Positions 1 to 10,828 of a stretch of 32,000 nucleotides of DNA are shown in pieces. The notes below the pieces were generated by a model that did no database searches, was not told the DNA's origin, and saw only the letters and a list, made by a program, of their open reading frames with translations. The translations under genes were made by a program, and so were the position numbers. The stretch is taken from the NCBI RefSeq assembly GCF_000829155.1, contig NZ_AP013293.1, forward strand, positions 240,001-272,000, given 5' to 3'. Each line of letters begins with the position of its first letter. The first letter of the stretch is position 1. The stretch is from Candidatus Karelsulcia muelleri PSPU. GTDB taxonomy: Bacteria; Bacteroidota; Bacteroidia; Flavobacteriales; Blattabacteriaceae.

Positions 1-514
1 CTACTTCTAGAGTCATATTAATTTTTTTCATACGTTTAAAATAAATTTTTGAAATTTTAATATTTTCAATTAAAGATTCTTCAGACAAATCTATCATATG
101 AGAACTAAATAAGGTTTTTCCAAAAACTTTATAATAATTTTCATTTATTGTTAATAAACCATCTATCCATGGTAATAATTTTTTATTACAATGATCAGTA
201 TGTAATATAACTGTAGTATTATAATATTCAGATAATTCATGAACATATTTAGCTCCACAAATAGATCCTATTATAGAAGCTTTTTCATTTAAATTATTTA
301 ATGATTTTCCAGCAAAAAATAAAGAGCCTCCATGAGAAAATTGGATTATTACAGGAGAATTAACTTTTTTAGCTGTTTCCAACACAGCCTTTATACTATT
401 AGATCCAATTACATTTACTGCAGGTAAAGCAAAATTTTCTTCTTTTGCATATTGAAATATTTCTTCTACAAGATTTCCAGTAGCAACTCCTGGAGGAAAT
501 TTTTTTTTCATTAT
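1..514 (-). CDS. fbaA: Class II fructose-bisphosphate aldolase, N-terminal part (runs off the left edge)
   Basis: Reverse-strand translation from the ATG at 514 gives MKKKFPPGVATGNLVEEIFQYAKEENFALPAVNVIGSNSIKAVLETAKKVNSPVIIQFSHGG...VILHTDHCNKKLLPWIDGLL, with the class II aldolase FALPAVN and HTDHC motifs. It is not in the supplied ORF track because it is partial. Confidence 0.93.
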   Translation of the reverse strand, partial: MMKKKFPPGVATGNLVEEIFQYAKEENFALPAVNVIGSNSIKAVLETAKKVNSPVIIQFSHGGSLFFAGKSLNNLNEKASIIGSICGAKYVHELSEYYNTTVILHTDHCNKKLLPWIDGLLTINENYYKVFGKTLFSSHMIDLSEESLIENIKISKIYFKRMKKINMTLEV

Positions 515-545
515 TAATAATAATAAAAAATTAAAATCTATCTAA

Positions 546-1424
546 TTAATAGATAGATAATTTTTTTTTATTAAGTAAAATTTTTACTACTTTATCGAGT
601 ATTCCATTAATATAAATTTTACTTTTTTTTGTTGAAAAAATTTTTGTTATTTCTATATATTCATTTAATGTTACTTTAAATGGAATTTTTTTAAAAAAAA
701 TTAATTCACATATAGCCATTTGTAAAATGATTAAATTTATTATAGATAATTTTGTTATTTTCCAATTTTGGGATATTTTTTCTATTAAAATATTGAAATA
801 TTTTTGATAAAAAATCGTATTTTTATATAAAAATTTAATAAAATTAATTTGTTTTTTATTTTTATATATATTTATATATATAATTTTTTTTTTTTTTATT
901 AAAAAAAAAAAATTATAAACTATAATATGTGTTATATTTATATTAATAAAACATGTAAGATCATAATTTTTTAAAAATTTATATAAAAATTTGTTTTTAG
1001 AAAAACAATATTTATAATATTTTAAAATAAATTCTTTATCTCTATAAAATTCGTATTTTTTTTTATTTAAAACTAAATTAATAGTTTTTAATTTTTTTAA
1101 TAAAAACTTTAAAAGTTTTTTTTTATATAAAAAATTTATTTTATAATTATAAAAAATTATTTTTTTTTTTTTTGAAAGTAATTCAATTAAAGAATTTTTT
1201 TTAAAAAAATAAAAATTATAATTTATTTTATCAAATTTTTTTTTTATTATAATCTTTCTTAAGATTATTATTAAATTTAAAAAAAAAATATAAATATCAT
1301 ATATGTAATATATGCTTTCAAAAAGTGTTTTTTCTAAAAAATTACTATCTGTATTAGATAAATAATATGCATATAAAAATTGCATTACTCTAATTCTCAA
1401 ATTTCTTCTTATTAAGAATTTCAA
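546..1424 (-). CDS. nusB: Transcription antitermination factor NusB (long Bacteroidota-type form)
   Basis: 292 aa ORF. The C-terminal half (NWKITKLSIINLIILQMAICELIFFKKIPFKVTLNEYIEITKIFSTKKSKIYINGILDKVVK) matches the NusB fold signature; the N-terminal half is Lys/Ile/Phe-rich and diverged. Confidence 0.88.
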   Translation of the reverse strand: MKFLIRRNLRIRVMQFLYAYYLSNTDSNFLEKTLFESIYYIYDIYIFFLNLIIILRKIIIKKKFDKINYNFYFFKKNSLIELLSKKKKIIFYNYKINFLYKKKLLKFLLKKLKTINLVLNKKKYEFYRDKEFILKYYKYCFSKNKFLYKFLKNYDLTCFININITHIIVYNFFFLIKKKKIIYINIYKNKKQINFIKFLYKNTIFYQKYFNILIEKISQNWKITKLSIINLIILQMAICELIFFKKIPFKVTLNEYIEITKIFSTKKSKIYINGILDKVVKILLNKKKLSIY

Positions 1425-1665
1425 TTTTTTTATATAAAATTATTATTATAGTTAATATATTGATATTAACAAAAATTATATTAATACATGATAAAAATAA
1501 TTTTTAAAGTTAAAAAAAAAATAATAAATAAAAAATATAATTTCTATATTAATATAGATTAATATTATTATTAAATAATAATTTTTTTTTATTCTTAAAA
1601 AAAAGAAATTAATATAATTTTTAAAAAAAAAAATATATAATATATTTTATAAAAATATAATTTAA

Positions 1666-2532
1666 TTAAGTACATAGATAAAATCTTAAAATATTTTTTC
1701 GTGAAGATTTTTTTAATCTTCTAAGACCATATATTTCTATTTGTCGACAACGTTCTCTAGTTAAATTTAATAAAAATGATATTTCTTCTAAATTAATAGT
1801 AGAACTTTCCAATCCATAATGTAATGTTATTATTTGAGCTTCTTTTTCTGAAAGAGTATCTAATAATCTTTTTATATCTTTTTTAAGAGATTCTTTTTCT
1901 AAATCTAAATCAGTATGAGTATATTCATCATATTTAATGATATCATATAAATTAGAATTTTCTCCTTCTATAATAGGAGCATCTAAAGATGTATGTTTAA
2001 CTGAATTTTTCAGAGCTTCTTCAATTTCTTTTTCATTTGAATTTAAATATTCTCCAATATGTTTTATAGATGGAGGTATTTGATATATTTGTTCTAATTC
2101 AGAATATTTTTTATTAACTTTATTATAAAAAGCAAGTTTATTTGTAGGACAACGTACACAACGAGATTTATCTGCTATAGCTTGTAATATAGATTGTCTT
2201 ATCCACCAAACAGAATAAGAAATACATTTAAATCCCTTTCTTTCATCAAAACGAAATATGCCTTTAATAAGTCCTAAATTGCCTTCATTAATTAAATCAG
2301 ATAAATTTAATCCTTGATTTTGATATTGTTTGGCTACAGAAACAACAAATCTTAAATTAGCTTTAATTAAAAAATTAATTGCTTTTATCTTATATGTTTT
2401 ACGAGCAAATTGAGCAAATTTTATTTCTTCTTCATTATTTAATAATGGAATTTTACCTATTTCATATAAATATTTTTCTAAAGATTCAGATTCACAATTA
2501 GTAACTTGTTTAGTTATTTTAAGTTTTTTCAT
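1666..2532 (-). CDS. rpoD: Primary RNA polymerase sigma-70 factor (short Bacteroidota type)
   Basis: 288 aa; ESLEKYLYEIGKIPLL, NLRFVVSVAKQYQNQGLNLSDLINEGNLGLIKG..RFDERKGFKCISYSVWWIRQSILQAIADKSR and a region 4 TRERCRQIE motif. Confidence 0.96.
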   Translation of the reverse strand: MKKLKITKQVTNCESESLEKYLYEIGKIPLLNNEEEIKFAQFARKTYKIKAINFLIKANLRFVVSVAKQYQNQGLNLSDLINEGNLGLIKGIFRFDERKGFKCISYSVWWIRQSILQAIADKSRCVRCPTNKLAFYNKVNKKYSELEQIYQIPPSIKHIGEYLNSNEKEIEEALKNSVKHTSLDAPIIEGENSNLYDIIKYDEYTHTDLDLEKESLKKDIKRLLDTLSEKEAQIITLHYGLESSTINLEEISFLLNLTRERCRQIEIYGLRRLKKSSRKNILRFYLCT

Positions 2533-2547
2533 ATATTTTTTTTACAT

Positions 2548-4671
2548 CTATTTACGAGATAAAAGAATTTTATGAGATAATTTTATTTTTCCATTTTTAT
2601 TATTTTTTCCTAAATATTTAACATTTATGAAATGTCCTATTTTTATATAATTTTCTAAATTAGTTAATTTCTTCCAAGAAATTTCAGATATATGTAATAA
2701 GCCCTCTATTCCTTTAGAAAGTTCAACAAAAACACCAAAAGGTTTAATATATTTAACTTTTGCTTTATAAATTTTTCCTATTTTTGGTAAAAAAACAATA
2801 GATTGTATTTTTTCAATAGCATCTTTTATTTTATTATAATTTTTTCCTAAAATTTCTATTTTACCTAAATTTTCTTTTTCTTCTATTTTTATAGAAGTTT
2901 CTGTTGAAGATTGTATTTCTTGTATGATTTTTCCTCCAGGACCAATTACAGCACCTATAAAAGTTTTTGGTATATTAAAAGTATATATTTTAGGAGCAGT
3001 AGGTTTAAGTGAAATTCTAGGAGCATTTAAAGTAGTAAGCATATTATTTATAATAAATATTATAATTTTTTTTGCTTTTAAAATGGTTTTTAATAAAATA
3101 TCATATGATATTCCAGAAATTTTAATATCCATTTGACATGCTGTCATACCATATTTTGTCCCTGTAATTTTAAAATCCATATCCCCTATATTATCTTCAT
3201 CTCCTAAGAGATCTGAAAGAATTAAGGCTTCACCTGTAAATTTATTAAAAATTAACCCCATAGATATTCCTGATACAGGTCTTTTAATAGGTATTCCTGC
3301 ATCCATTAATGCTAATGTACTAGCACATACAGTAGCCATAGAAGAAGATCCATTTGATTCTAACACATCTGATACTACTCTTATAGTATAAGGATTATCA
3401 AAAGGAATTATATTTTTTAAAGCACGTTGAGCTAAATTTCCATGTCCAATTTCTCGTCTTGAGACTCCTTTTAATAATTTTATTTCTCCAGTTGAAAAAG
3501 GAGGAAAATTATAATGTAAATAAAATTTTTGTTTATCTTGTATAATAACATTATCAATTTTATTAACATCTAATGATGAACCTAAAGTTACTGTAGATAA
3601 TGCTTGTGTTTCTCCTCTTGAGAAAATTGCAGATCCGTGGACACCAGGTAAACAATCTACTTGACTAGAAATATTTCTAATATCATCTAATGATCTACCA
3701 TCTAAACGAAGATTTTCTTTACAAATAATTTCTCTTATTATTTTTTTTTTAATTTCAAAAAAAATAATATCTATTTCATTTTCATTAATTAAAATATTAT
3801 CATTAAAAAATAATTTTTTTATATTATTTAATAATCTATTAATTTTTTTTAAACGAATTTTTTTTTTATAAAATTTTTTATAAATATTATATATTTTATA
3901 AAAAAATAAAAAATTTAATTTTTCTTTTAAATAAAAAAAATTATTATTTTTAATATTAAAATTTATTTTAGAGAGAGATTTATTTTTTATTTTTTTTAAT
4001 AAATTAATTTGAGCTTTAATTTGTCTTTTAATATAAAAATGTGCAATTTTAATAATTTTAATTATTTCTTTTTCAGAAACTTCTTTCATCTCTCCTTCTA
4101 CCATTAAAATAGAATTAATAGTACCTCCTACTATTAAATCTATATCTGATTTTTTTACATCTTCAATACCAGGATTAATAATAAATAAATTTTTAATTCG
4201 TATTATACGAACTGCTGATACAGGACCTTTAAAAGGAATTCCTGATAGATATACAGCAGTAGAAGCTACTAATCCAGCTAATCCATCAGGTAATACATTT
4301 ATATCATATGATAACAAAGAGATCATTATTTGTATTTCCTTATAGAATATTTTTGGAAAAAGTGGACGTAATAAACGATCTACTAATCTCATTGTTAATA
4401 TTTCTTCATCAGAAGGTCTACCTTCACGTTTTATAAATCCACCTGGAATTTTTCCTCCAGCTGAATATTTTTCTCTATAATCTATATTTAAAGGTAAAAA
4501 ATTAACACCTTTTTTATCTTCTGTTGATACTACTACAGTAGCTATTAAACTAGTATTTGCCATCCGAACGACAGCAGATCCATTAGCTTGACAAGCTAAA
4601 GATCCAGTTTCTATACTTATAGTACGTCCATCTTCTAAAAGAAGATTTTCTTTTATTAATTCTGGTGTCAT
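2548..4671 (-). CDS. pnp: Polyribonucleotide nucleotidyltransferase (PNPase)
   Basis: 707 aa; two RNase PH-like cores (YREKYSAGGKIPGGFIKREGRPSDEEIL; FSRGETQALSTVTLGS; GDMDFKITGT), then KH (IGAVIGPGGKIIQEIQ) and S1 (GVFVELSKGIEGLLHISE) domains. Confidence 0.98.
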   Translation of the reverse strand: MTPELIKENLLLEDGRTISIETGSLACQANGSAVVRMANTSLIATVVVSTEDKKGVNFLPLNIDYREKYSAGGKIPGGFIKREGRPSDEEILTMRLVDRLLRPLFPKIFYKEIQIMISLLSYDINVLPDGLAGLVASTAVYLSGIPFKGPVSAVRIIRIKNLFIINPGIEDVKKSDIDLIVGGTINSILMVEGEMKEVSEKEIIKIIKIAHFYIKRQIKAQINLLKKIKNKSLSKINFNIKNNNFFYLKEKLNFLFFYKIYNIYKKFYKKKIRLKKINRLLNNIKKLFFNDNILINENEIDIIFFEIKKKIIREIICKENLRLDGRSLDDIRNISSQVDCLPGVHGSAIFSRGETQALSTVTLGSSLDVNKIDNVIIQDKQKFYLHYNFPPFSTGEIKLLKGVSRREIGHGNLAQRALKNIIPFDNPYTIRVVSDVLESNGSSSMATVCASTLALMDAGIPIKRPVSGISMGLIFNKFTGEALILSDLLGDEDNIGDMDFKITGTKYGMTACQMDIKISGISYDILLKTILKAKKIIIFIINNMLTTLNAPRISLKPTAPKIYTFNIPKTFIGAVIGPGGKIIQEIQSSTETSIKIEEKENLGKIEILGKNYNKIKDAIEKIQSIVFLPKIGKIYKAKVKYIKPFGVFVELSKGIEGLLHISEISWKKLTNLENYIKIGHFINVKYLGKNNKNGKIKLSHKILLSRK

Positions 4672-4688
4672 TTATATTCCAGTTTGAA

Positions 4689-4958
4689 TTATTTTCTTAT
4701 TTTAAATTGTTTTAAAGTATCTTTATAAATTTTTATTTTTTTTTTTTTTATAAATTTAAGTATTTTTTTTCTTTTATTAACTATTTTTAGTAAAGATCTT
4801 TCTGTATTAAAATCATGTTTATGTTTTTTTAAATGTTTGCTTATCTTATTTATTTTATATGTTAACAAAGCAATTTGTACTATACAGTTTCCTGTATCAT
4901 ATTCTGATGAACCATAATTTTTAATTATTTTTAATTTTTTTTTAAAATTTAAATACAT
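4689..4958 (-). CDS. rpsO: 30S ribosomal protein S15
   Basis: 89 aa; GSSEYDTGNCIVQIALLTYKINKISKHLKKHKHDFNTERSLLKIVNKRKK; adjacent to pnp as is usual. Confidence 0.95.
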   Translation of the reverse strand: MYLNFKKKLKIIKNYGSSEYDTGNCIVQIALLTYKINKISKHLKKHKHDFNTERSLLKIVNKRKKILKFIKKKKIKIYKDTLKQFKIRK

Positions 4959-4985
4959 ATTATAATTTTTGATAAAAATAATAAA

Positions 4986-5708
4986 TTATTTATTTGCAAT
5001 ATAAATTGATACAATACCATAAGTTAATTTTAAAATATTAATATTTTTAAAATTAAAATTTTTTAATAAAATTTCAATATTGACATATTGTGAAAATTTA
5101 TTAATAGATTTTAATAAATATTTATAAGCAAAAAAATTTTTAGTAAAAAAATTAATTATATTTAATAAAATATATTTAGAATAAATATTATATATATATT
5201 TAAAATTATTATTAGAAATAGAAAATTCTAATATTATTAATACTCCTTTTTTTTTTAAAACCCTATAAATTTCTTTTAAAACATTATTAATATTTTCAAA
5301 ATTTCTAATTCCAAAGACGATAGTAACAATATCAAATTTATTTTTTTTTAAAAAAAAAATTTTTTGACAATCTGCTTTAATTAATTTAATATTTTTATAA
5401 AAAAAATTAATTTTTTTTTTACCAATTTTAATCATATTTTTAGAAATGTCTATTCCTAAAATATTAATATTTTTAATTTTATTTGCTAATATTATAGGTA
5501 AATTTCCTGTTCCGGTTGCTAAATCTAACAGATTTTTTGGTTTATAATTAAAAATAATATCAGATATTTTTTTTCTCCATTTTATATCATTTCCTAATGA
5601 TATAATTAAATTAATAAAATTATATTGAGATGATATAATATCAAACATTTTTTCTATTTGATCTGTTTTACAAATTATAGAATTTTCAAATGGTTTTATA
5701 TTAATCAT
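4986..5708 (-). CDS. ubiE: Demethylmenaquinone methyltransferase (UbiE/MenG family SAM methyltransferase)
   Basis: 240 aa; MFDIISSQYNFINLIISLGNDIKWRKKI, LLDLATGTGNLPI, IVFGIRNFENINNVLKEIYRVLKKKGVLIILEFS. Confidence 0.93.
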   Translation of the reverse strand: MINIKPFENSIICKTDQIEKMFDIISSQYNFINLIISLGNDIKWRKKISDIIFNYKPKNLLDLATGTGNLPIILANKIKNINILGIDISKNMIKIGKKKINFFYKNIKLIKADCQKIFFLKKNKFDIVTIVFGIRNFENINNVLKEIYRVLKKKGVLIILEFSISNNNFKYIYNIYSKYILLNIINFFTKNFFAYKYLLKSINKFSQYVNIEILLKNFNFKNINILKLTYGIVSIYIANK

Positions 5709-5748
5709 TAATATTATTTTTAATTTAAAAATAATTAAAAAAAAAATT

Positions 5749-5997
5749 ATGAAAAAAAAAATTCATCCAAATAATTATAGAATTGTTGTATTTAAAGATA
5801 TGACAAGTAATGATACTTTTTTTTGTAAATCAACTCTTTTAACAAAAGAAAAAATTAATTTAAATGGAAAAGAATTTACATTATATAAAATGGAAATATC
5901 AAGTTTTTCTCATCCTTTTTATACAGGACAAATTAAATATGTAGATGCTACTGGGAGAATAGATAAATTCTATAAAAAATATAAAAAAAAAAAATAA
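5749..5997 (+). CDS. rpmE2: 50S ribosomal protein L31 type B
   Basis: 82 aa; MKKKIHPNNYRIVVFKDMTSNDTFFCKST...SSFSHPFYTGQIKYVDATGRIDKFYKKY, lacking the CxxC zinc motif. Confidence 0.92.
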   Translation: MKKKIHPNNYRIVVFKDMTSNDTFFCKSTLLTKEKINLNGKEFTLYKMEISSFSHPFYTGQIKYVDATGRIDKFYKKYKKKK

Positions 5998-6056
5998 TTT
6001 TTTTTTTTTTAATAAAAATAAATATATATATATATTTAATAACTTAAAATTTAATT

Positions 6057-6437
6057 ATGCCAACTATACAACAACTTGTAAGAAAAGTAAGAAAAAAAAT
6101 AAAAAATAAAAGTAAATCTATGGCTTTAAATAATTGTCCTCAACGTAGAGGAGTTTGTACTAGAGTATATACAACAACTCCTAAAAAACCTAATTCTGCA
6201 ATGAGAAAAGTTGCTCGTGTTCGTTTAACAAATGGAAAGGAAGTAAATGCTTATATTCCAGGAGAAGGACATAATCTTCAAGAACATTCTCTAGTTTTAA
6301 TAAGAGGTGGAAGAGTTAAAGATTTACCAGGTGTTCGTTATCATATAATACGTGGTGCTTTAGATACTGCAGGTGTTAAAGATAGAAAAAAAGCTCGTAG
6401 TAAATATGGAGCAAAAATGACTAAAGTAAAAAAATAA
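6057..6437 (+). CDS. rpsL: 30S ribosomal protein S12
   Basis: 126 aa; [14 protein letters not shown]...[52 protein letters not shown]. Confidence 0.99.
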   Translation: MPTIQQLVRKVRKKIKNKSKSMALNNCPQRRGVCTRVYTTTPKKPNSAMRKVARVRLTNGKEVNAYIPGEGHNLQEHSLVLIRGGRVKDLPGVRYHIIRGALDTAGVKDRKKARSKYGAKMTKVKK

Positions 6438-6914
6438 ATGAGAAAATTAAAATCAAAAATAAAAATTTACGAACCTGATCCTAAATTTAAAGATCCTTTA
6501 GTAACGCGTTTTGTCAATCATTTAATGAAAAATGGTAAAAAAACTAGAGCTTATACAATTTTTTATAATTGTATAAATGAAATAGAAAAAAAAAATAATA
6601 AAAAAGAAAAATCTGGTTTAAAAATATGGAAAGAAGCATTAGATAATGTAATGCCTCATGTAGAAGTTAGAAGTAGACGTATTGGAGGTTCTAATATACA
6701 AGTTCCTACACAGATACCACCTTATGTAAAAGTAACTAAAGCTATGAAATCATTGATTAATTGTGCACGTGAAAGAAATGAAAAAAAAATGTCTAAAAAA
6801 TTAGCAGGAGAAATTTTATCTGCTTATAAAAAAGAAGGAGCTTCTTTTAAAAAACGTGAAAATATTCATAAAATGGCAGAAGCTAATAAAGCATTTTCTC
6901 ATTTTAAATTTTAA
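6438..6914 (+). CDS. rpsG: 30S ribosomal protein S7
   Basis: 158 aa; [24 protein letters not shown]; immediately follows the rpsL stop codon. Confidence 0.99.
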   Translation: MRKLKSKIKIYEPDPKFKDPLVTRFVNHLMKNGKKTRAYTIFYNCINEIEKKNNKKEKSGLKIWKEALDNVMPHVEVRSRRIGGSNIQVPTQIPPYVKVTKAMKSLINCARERNEKKMSKKLAGEILSAYKKEGASFKKRENIHKMAEANKAFSHFKF

Positions 6915-6925
6915 AAAAAAAATAT

Positions 6926-9016
6926 ATGAAAAATAATTTAAAATATACAAGAAATATAGGAATAGCTGCACATATTGATGCAGGTAAAACTACAACGACA
7001 GAGCGAATTTTATTTTATACTGGAATAAATCATAAAATAGGAGAAGTCCATGATGGAACAGCTACTATGGATTGGATGAAACAAGAACAAGAAAGAGGTA
7101 TAACAATTACTTCTGCTGCTACAAAATGCGAATGGTTATATAATAATAAAATTTATAAAATCAATATTATTGATACACCAGGTCATGTTGATTTTACTGT
7201 AGAAGTAGAAAGATCTTTAAGAGTTTTAGATGGAATGGTAGCATTATTTAGTGCAGTAGATGGTGTAGAACCACAATCAGAAACAGTTTGGAGGCAAGCA
7301 GATAAATATAAAGTTCCTAGAATAGGATTTGTTAATAAAATGGATAGACAAGGTTCTGATTTTTTTAATGTATGTGAACAAATAAAAAAAAATTTAAATG
7401 CTAATTGTTTAATTTTACAAATACCTATTGGAATAGAAAATAATTTTAAAGGAGTAGTAGATATTATTTCGAAAAAAGCAATAATTTGGGATGAAAAAAA
7501 TTATGGAACATCCTATAATATAACTTCTATTCCTGAAGAATTAATAAAAATAACGAATAAATATAGAAATATTCTTTTAGAAACTATATCTGAATATGAT
7601 GATGAAATCATGAGTAAATATTTTAAGAACCCTAATGAAATATCAGAAAATGAAATAATATCATCTATAAAAAAATCTACAATTAATCTTGATATAGTTC
7701 CTCTTATTTGTGGATCTTCTTTTAAAAATAAAGGAGTTCAAGTTATGTTAGATACTATTTGTAGATATTTGCCATCTCCAATTGATATAAAAGAAACAAA
7801 AGGAATAAATCCAAAAACAGAAAAAAAAGAAATAAGAAAACATAATTCTAATGAACCTTTTTCTGCTTTAGCTTTTAAAATAGCTACTGATTCTTTTGTT
7901 GGTCGTTTAGCTTTTTTTCGTGTATATTCTGGAAAATTAAAGTCTGGAACATATATTCTTAACTCTCGTTCAGGTAATAAAGAACGTATATCAAGAATAT
8001 ATCAAATGCATGCTAATAAACAAAATCCTATTAATATTATTGAAGCTGGAGATATAGGAGCAGCAGTAGGATTTAAAAATATAAAAACTGGGGATACTTT
8101 ATGTGATGAAAATTATCCAATAATTTTTGAAAAAATATATTTTCCTGATCCAGTAATTGGATTAGCTATTGAACCTAAATATAAATCTGATATAGATAAA
8201 ATGAGCTTAGCTTTATCTAAATTATCAGAAGAAGATCCTACTTTTATAGTACGTAATGATAAATATACTGGACAAACAATAATCTCAGGGATGGGAGAAT
8301 TACATTTAGAAATAATTATAGATAGAATGGAAAGGGAATTTAAAGTAAAAGTTAATAAAGGTAATCCTCAAGTAGAATATAAAGAAGCATTAACAAATTC
8401 TATTGAACATAGAGAAATATATAAAAAACAAACTGGAGGACGAGGAAAATATGCTGATATTTTATTTATATTAGAACCTGGAAAAAAAGGATCTAAAGGA
8501 CTGGAATTTATAAATAAAGTAAAAGGAGGAAATATTCCTAAAGAGTATATTCCTTCAATAGAAAAAGCCTTTAAAGAAGCTATTAAAACGGGTCCTTTAT
8601 ATGGATATGAATTAGAAAATGCAAAAGTTATATTAATAGATGGTTCCTATCATTCTGTTGATTCTGATCAATTATCTTTTGAATTAGCTAGTAAAATTGG
8701 TTTTAAAAATGCAGCCAAAAAGACAAATACTATTATATTAGAACCTATAATGAAATTAGAAGTATTAACTCCTACAGAAAATATGGGTAATATTGTAGGT
8801 GATATAAATAAAAGAAGAGGTATAATCCAAGGTATGGAAGAAAATCGTAGTAATTTAAAAATAATAAAAGCTCTTATTCCTTTATCAGAACTTTTTGGAT
8901 ATGTAACTATTTTACGTACATTATCTTCTGGAAGAGCTACATCTACAATGGAATTTTATAATTATAAACCAGCTCCATCAAATATATATAACAAAATAAT
9001 TTTAAAAAAAAAATAA
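6926..9016 (+). CDS. fusA: Elongation factor G
   Basis: 696 aa; [50 protein letters not shown]. Confidence 0.99.
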   Translation: MKNNLKYTRNIGIAAHIDAGKTTTTERILFYTGINHKIGEVHDGTATMDWMKQEQERGITITSAATKCEWLYNNKIYKINIIDTPGHVDFTVEVERSLRVLDGMVALFSAVDGVEPQSETVWRQADKYKVPRIGFVNKMDRQGSDFFNVCEQIKKNLNANCLILQIPIGIENNFKGVVDIISKKAIIWDEKNYGTSYNITSIPEELIKITNKYRNILLETISEYDDEIMSKYFKNPNEISENEIISSIKKSTINLDIVPLICGSSFKNKGVQVMLDTICRYLPSPIDIKETKGINPKTEKKEIRKHNSNEPFSALAFKIATDSFVGRLAFFRVYSGKLKSGTYILNSRSGNKERISRIYQMHANKQNPINIIEAGDIGAAVGFKNIKTGDTLCDENYPIIFEKIYFPDPVIGLAIEPKYKSDIDKMSLALSKLSEEDPTFIVRNDKYTGQTIISGMGELHLEIIIDRMEREFKVKVNKGNPQVEYKEALTNSIEHREIYKKQTGGRGKYADILFILEPGKKGSKGLEFINKVKGGNIPKEYIPSIEKAFKEAIKTGPLYGYELENAKVILIDGSYHSVDSDQLSFELASKIGFKNAAKKTNTIILEPIMKLEVLTPTENMGNIVGDINKRRGIIQGMEENRSNLKIIKALIPLSELFGYVTILRTLSSGRATSTMEFYNYKPAPSNIYNKIILKKK

Positions 9017-9022
9017 AATTTT

Positions 9023-9331
9023 ATGAAAAAAAAAAAAATAAGAATAAAATTAAGATCATATGATCATTCTTTATTAGATAAATCTGTTGAAAGAATAATA
9101 AAATATGTAATGACAACAGGTGCAGAAATAAAGGGTCCAATTCCATTACCAACTCAAACAAAAATTTATACAGTTTTAAGATCTCCTCATGTTCATAAAA
9201 AATCTCGTGAACAATTTAAGTTGTCAAGTCATATAAGATTTTTAGAAATATGTAATGCTGGACCTAATACGGTCAATCTATTAATGAAATTAGAATTAGC
9301 TAGTGGAGTTGAAATAGAAATAAAAATATAA
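9023..9331 (+). CDS. rpsJ: 30S ribosomal protein S10
   Basis: 102 aa; [22 protein letters not shown]...[28 protein letters not shown]. Confidence 0.99.
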   Translation: MKKKKIRIKLRSYDHSLLDKSVERIIKYVMTTGAEIKGPIPLPTQTKIYTVLRSPHVHKKSREQFKLSSHIRFLEICNAGPNTVNLLMKLELASGVEIEIKI

Positions 9332-9337
9332 TTATTT

Positions 9338-9958
9338 ATGTCAGTGTCAGGTATAATCGGAAAAAATATTGGTATGACTAGTCTATTTGATGAATCAGGA
9401 TGGAATATTCCATGTACTATAATAGAAGCTGGACCATGTATTGTTTTACAAATAAAAACTAAAGAAAAAGATGGATACGATTCTTGTCAATTAGGTTTTG
9501 ATGAAAAAAAAATTAAAAATACCAATAAACCATTATTAGGTTTTTTTAAAAAAAATAAATCTACACCTAAAAAAAAAATATTTGAATTTTCTATAAAAAA
9601 AAAAATAAAATCAGGAGATTTAATAAAAATAAATATATTTAATGAAAATGAATATGTTAATATTACAGGTATATCTAAAGGTAAGGGATTTCAAGGTGTT
9701 GTTAAACGTCATGGATTTTCAGGTGTAGGAGAAAAATCTCATGGTCAACATAATAGGTCTAGAGCTCCTGGATCTATAGGAGCTGGTTCTGATCCTTCAA
9801 GAGTATTTAAAGGGACTAAAATGGCTGGAAGATTAGGAAATAAAAAGGTAACTCTAAAAAAAATAAAAATATTAAAAATAGATTTAATTAAGAATTTATT
9901 AATTGTAAAAGGATCTGTTCCTGGTCATAAAAATTCTTATTTAATAATAAGAAAATGA
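9338..9958 (+). CDS. rplC: 50S ribosomal protein L3
   Basis: 206 aa; [30 protein letters not shown]...[35 protein letters not shown]. Stop codon is TGA, overlapping the next ATG. Confidence 0.98.
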   Translation: MSVSGIIGKNIGMTSLFDESGWNIPCTIIEAGPCIVLQIKTKEKDGYDSCQLGFDEKKIKNTNKPLLGFFKKNKSTPKKKIFEFSIKKKIKSGDLIKINIFNENEYVNITGISKGKGFQGVVKRHGFSGVGEKSHGQHNRSRAPGSIGAGSDPSRVFKGTKMAGRLGNKKVTLKKIKILKIDLIKNLLIVKGSVPGHKNSYLIIRK

Positions 9959-10578
9959 AATTAACTATATTTAATAATAATGGAATAAAAACAGGTAGAT
10001 GTTTAAAATTTAAAAAAAATCTTTTAAAAAAAGAAAATAATAATATTATTTATCTAGAAATAAAAAGATTTTTGTTTTCACAAAGACAAGGCACCAATAA
10101 ATCTAAAGAAAGAAGTGAAATTACTGGAAGTACAAGAAAAATTCAACGTCAAAAAGGTAGTGGAAATGCTAGAAAAGGAGATATAAAGAATCCTCTATTT
10201 AGATCTGGTGGAAGAATATTTGGTCCTAAACCAAGAAATTATAATTTTAAATTAAATAAAAATTTAAAAAGAAGAGTAATAAAAGATATAATTAATTTTA
10301 AATTAAAAATAAAAAAAATAAAAATCTTAGAAGATTATGATTTTAAAATCATAAAAACTAAATTAGTATTTAATTTAATTAAAAAATTAAATATTAATCA
10401 TAAAAAAATATTAATTATATATGATAAAAAAAAAAAAAATTTTTTTTTATCATCTAAAAATTTAAAATCAATTAAAATATTATCAATTAATGAATTGAAT
10501 AGTTTTAATTTAGCAAATGCAGATTATTTAATTTTTTTTGAAAGTGCTATAAAAAAAATTTTAAAAATAAATAAGTAA
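9955..10578 (+). CDS. rplD: 50S ribosomal protein L4
   Basis: 207 aa; [53 protein letters not shown]. Confidence 0.97.
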   Translation: MKLTIFNNNGIKTGRCLKFKKNLLKKENNNIIYLEIKRFLFSQRQGTNKSKERSEITGSTRKIQRQKGSGNARKGDIKNPLFRSGGRIFGPKPRNYNFKLNKNLKRRVIKDIINFKLKIKKIKILEDYDFKIIKTKLVFNLIKKLNINHKKILIIYDKKKKNFFLSSKNLKSIKILSINELNSFNLANADYLIFFESAIKKILKINK

Positions 10579-10580
10579 AT

Positions 10581-10823
10581 ATGTTAAAAACAATAATAAA
10601 TAATAAAAAAGACATTTTTTATACTTTTAAAGTACCTATATTTTTTTCTAAAAACGAAATTCGTAAATATATATATAAAAGATATAAAGTAACTTTATAT
10701 AAAATAAATACTATTATTTACTATTCAAAAAAAATAAATAAAAAAAAAAATAAAGGTATCTTTAAAGTAAGATTAAAAAAAGTAATAATAAAATTAAAAA
10801 GAATATCTTATATAAAAAAATAA
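10581..10823 (+). CDS. rplW: 50S ribosomal protein L23 (short, diverged)
   Basis: 80 aa ORF at the invariant position between rplD and rpl[35 protein letters not shown] resembles the L23 core; the call leans on synteny. Confidence 0.8.
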   Translation: MLKTIINNKKDIFYTFKVPIFFSKNEIRKYIYKRYKVTLYKINTIIYYSKKINKKKNKGIFKVRLKKVIIKLKRISYIKK

Positions 10824-10828
10824 AAAAT

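Noticed and set aside
2924-3136. Plus-strand ORF of 70 aa
   Set aside because: It lies antisense inside pnp, including across the conserved KH-domain region, and its translation has no recognisable domain. Best explained as a shadow ORF.
3780-4060. Lys/Phe/Asn-rich stretch in the middle of PNPase, considered as an insertion or domain decay
   Set aside because: It corresponds to the variable helical linker between the two RNase PH cores. Both cores and the KH and S1 domains are intact, so AT-driven drift is the simpler reading.
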